In this document: positions 52,792 through 53,708 of the stretch, one piece after another
Layout of the letters: each line of letters starts with the position of its first letter
How positions within the stretch are numbered: the first letter of the stretch is position 1
Source of the DNA: Candidatus Woesearchaeota archaeon
GTDB lineage: Archaea; Nanobdellota; Nanobdellia; Parvarchaeales; Parvarchaeaceae
Assembly (NCBI GenBank): GCA_964641875.1
Contig: CAZXLU010000002.1
Coordinates: forward strand, 1-53,708
Length of the DNA stretch: 53,708 nt
Direction: 5' to 3'
Translations under genes and position numbers: made by a program
The notes under the pieces: model-generated
What the model was told of the DNA's origin: nothing
Seen by the model: only the letters and a program-made list of their open reading frames with translations
Database searches by the model: none

Positions 52792-53708
52792 ATGAAGGTA
52801 TTTAATAGAAAAGGTCAGCAAGTAGTAGAAGCTTTAATGACTTACGGATGGATGATTCTTATCGTGGCGGTTGTTATAGCTTTGATTTTTGCTCTTGGTA
52901 TCGTTCCATTAAATTTTGTTCCGCCATCTGCAACTATAAGTGGGTTTTCAGGTGTTAAAGTTACTGCTGTTGTTGCAAATTACACATATCTCGAATTTTA
53001 TGTTTCAAATGATCTTTCTATCCCTGTTAATTTAAATAAATTTTTGTTAAGTTATAATAGTACGTATTTCTCAAATATTAAGTGTCAATATCTTACGCTC
53101 TCTCCAGGCCAAAATTCTATATGTTTCTTGAAGATAAACCTAGCGAATACGAGAGATACCGTAAGTTTAGGTATGGGTTTCGCAATAAATAGCAATTTAA
53201 ATGCTTCTTCAAACGGTACAATGTCATTTGTTCCAGTGAAAATTTCCTTGTATTTACCACCAACTATTACAGTATTCAATGAAGAGGGTTTAACAACTGG
53301 AGTTCAATGGTGGGTAGATTATGATGGAAAGAATGTTTCTTCTACCGGTAAATCCATTTCAATATCTACAGTGTTTGGAGATTATTCATTTATAGTTGGA
53401 AATGTAACTTTCAATGGTTGCAAATTTACAGCATTGCCTTCTTCAGGAACGCTTGAATCAGGTTTATCTCAAAACATAATATTCATAAATTCCTGTGCAG
53501 CGACATTTATTGAAAAAGAATTACCAAAGGGAACAAGTTGGCAAGTTACATATGCAGGCAAACAGCAGTCTACCACAAATAATATCTTAGTATTTACAAA
53601 TGAGAAATCTGGTACTCATTCATTTTCAGTTGCTAATTCTGTAGTGGCTGGGTGTACATATTCACCTTCCCCTTCTTCAGGAACATTATCCGTTGGTAGT
53701 TACAAGTA
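52792..53708 (+). CDS. Class III signal peptide adhesin-like protein with ~78-aa tandem repeats; 3' end beyond the window (not in the ORF track)
   Basis: My own translation of frame 1 gives MKVFNRKG/QQVVEALMTYGWMILIVAVVIALIFALG with Glu at +5, no stop to the window end, and two repeats starting near 53269 and 53503. Confidence 0.7.
   Translation, partial: MKVFNRKGQQVVEALMTYGWMILIVAVVIALIFALGIVPLNFVPPSATISGFSGVKVTAVVANYTYLEFYVSNDLSIPVNLNKFLLSYNSTYFSNIKCQYLTLSPGQNSICFLKINLANTRDTVSLGMGFAINSNLNASSNGTMSFVPVKISLYLPPTITVFNEEGLTTGVQWWVDYDGKNVSSTGKSISISTVFGDYSFIVGNVTFNGCKFTALPSSGTLESGLSQNIIFINSCAATFIEKELPKGTSWQVTYAGKQQSTTNNILVFTNEKSGTHSFSVANSVVAGCTYSPSPSSGTLSVGSYK

Noticed and set aside
1-53708. CRISPR arrays, IS elements, integrases, prophage or rRNA genes
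   Set aside because: I saw no regularly spaced repeats, no transposase or integrase motifs, and no rRNA-like segments. Apart from the 24-nt internal repeat in the 785-aa gene (26618..28975), I found no long direct repeats, and none flank the tRNA genes. An exhaustive repeat search was not possible by eye.

Overview
This window is a dense, visibly AT-rich stretch of archaeal chromosome with no rRNA, CRISPR array, transposase or integrase. All calls rest on reading the supplied translations and the DNA by eye; no database search was possible.

Housekeeping content:
- Translation and RNA: aEF-2, GlyRS, TruD, aCPSF1, tRNA-Leu(CAG) and tRNA-Ala(GGC).
- A long minus-strand operon: rpoE'-spt4-S24e-S27ae-kae1-(DRG-like)-bud32-S15-S3Ae.
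- Replication and repair: PolB, FEN-1, a 2H phosphoesterase.
- Other: proteasome beta subunit, GlmS, MetAP, Dph5 and a Dph6-like protein.

Accessory content:
- A four-gene membrane glycosylation operon (2183-6637).
- A HEPN/MNT toxin-antitoxin pair and an orphan RelE-like toxin.
- Many sequon-rich secreted proteins.
- A tandem triplication of an unknown membrane protein family.
- A 785-aa orphan membrane/coiled-coil protein.

The best candidate for something undescribed is the 45.4-53.7 kb surface-appendage locus:
- It encodes several ~300-aa proteins with class III (prepilin-type) signal peptides, an A24 prepilin peptidase and a repeat adhesin.
- One paralog has a classical C2H2 zinc finger inserted between the prepilin-like leader and the transmembrane helix.
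- No assembly ATPase or platform gene is in view.

A second notable item is a truncated DRG-like protein with a degenerate P-loop, wedged between kae1 and bud32.

Lineage is a guess only. The gene set and the FxExxLPxGTxW-type repeats suggest an acidophile-associated Thermoplasmata or DPANN/ARMAN-like archaeon.
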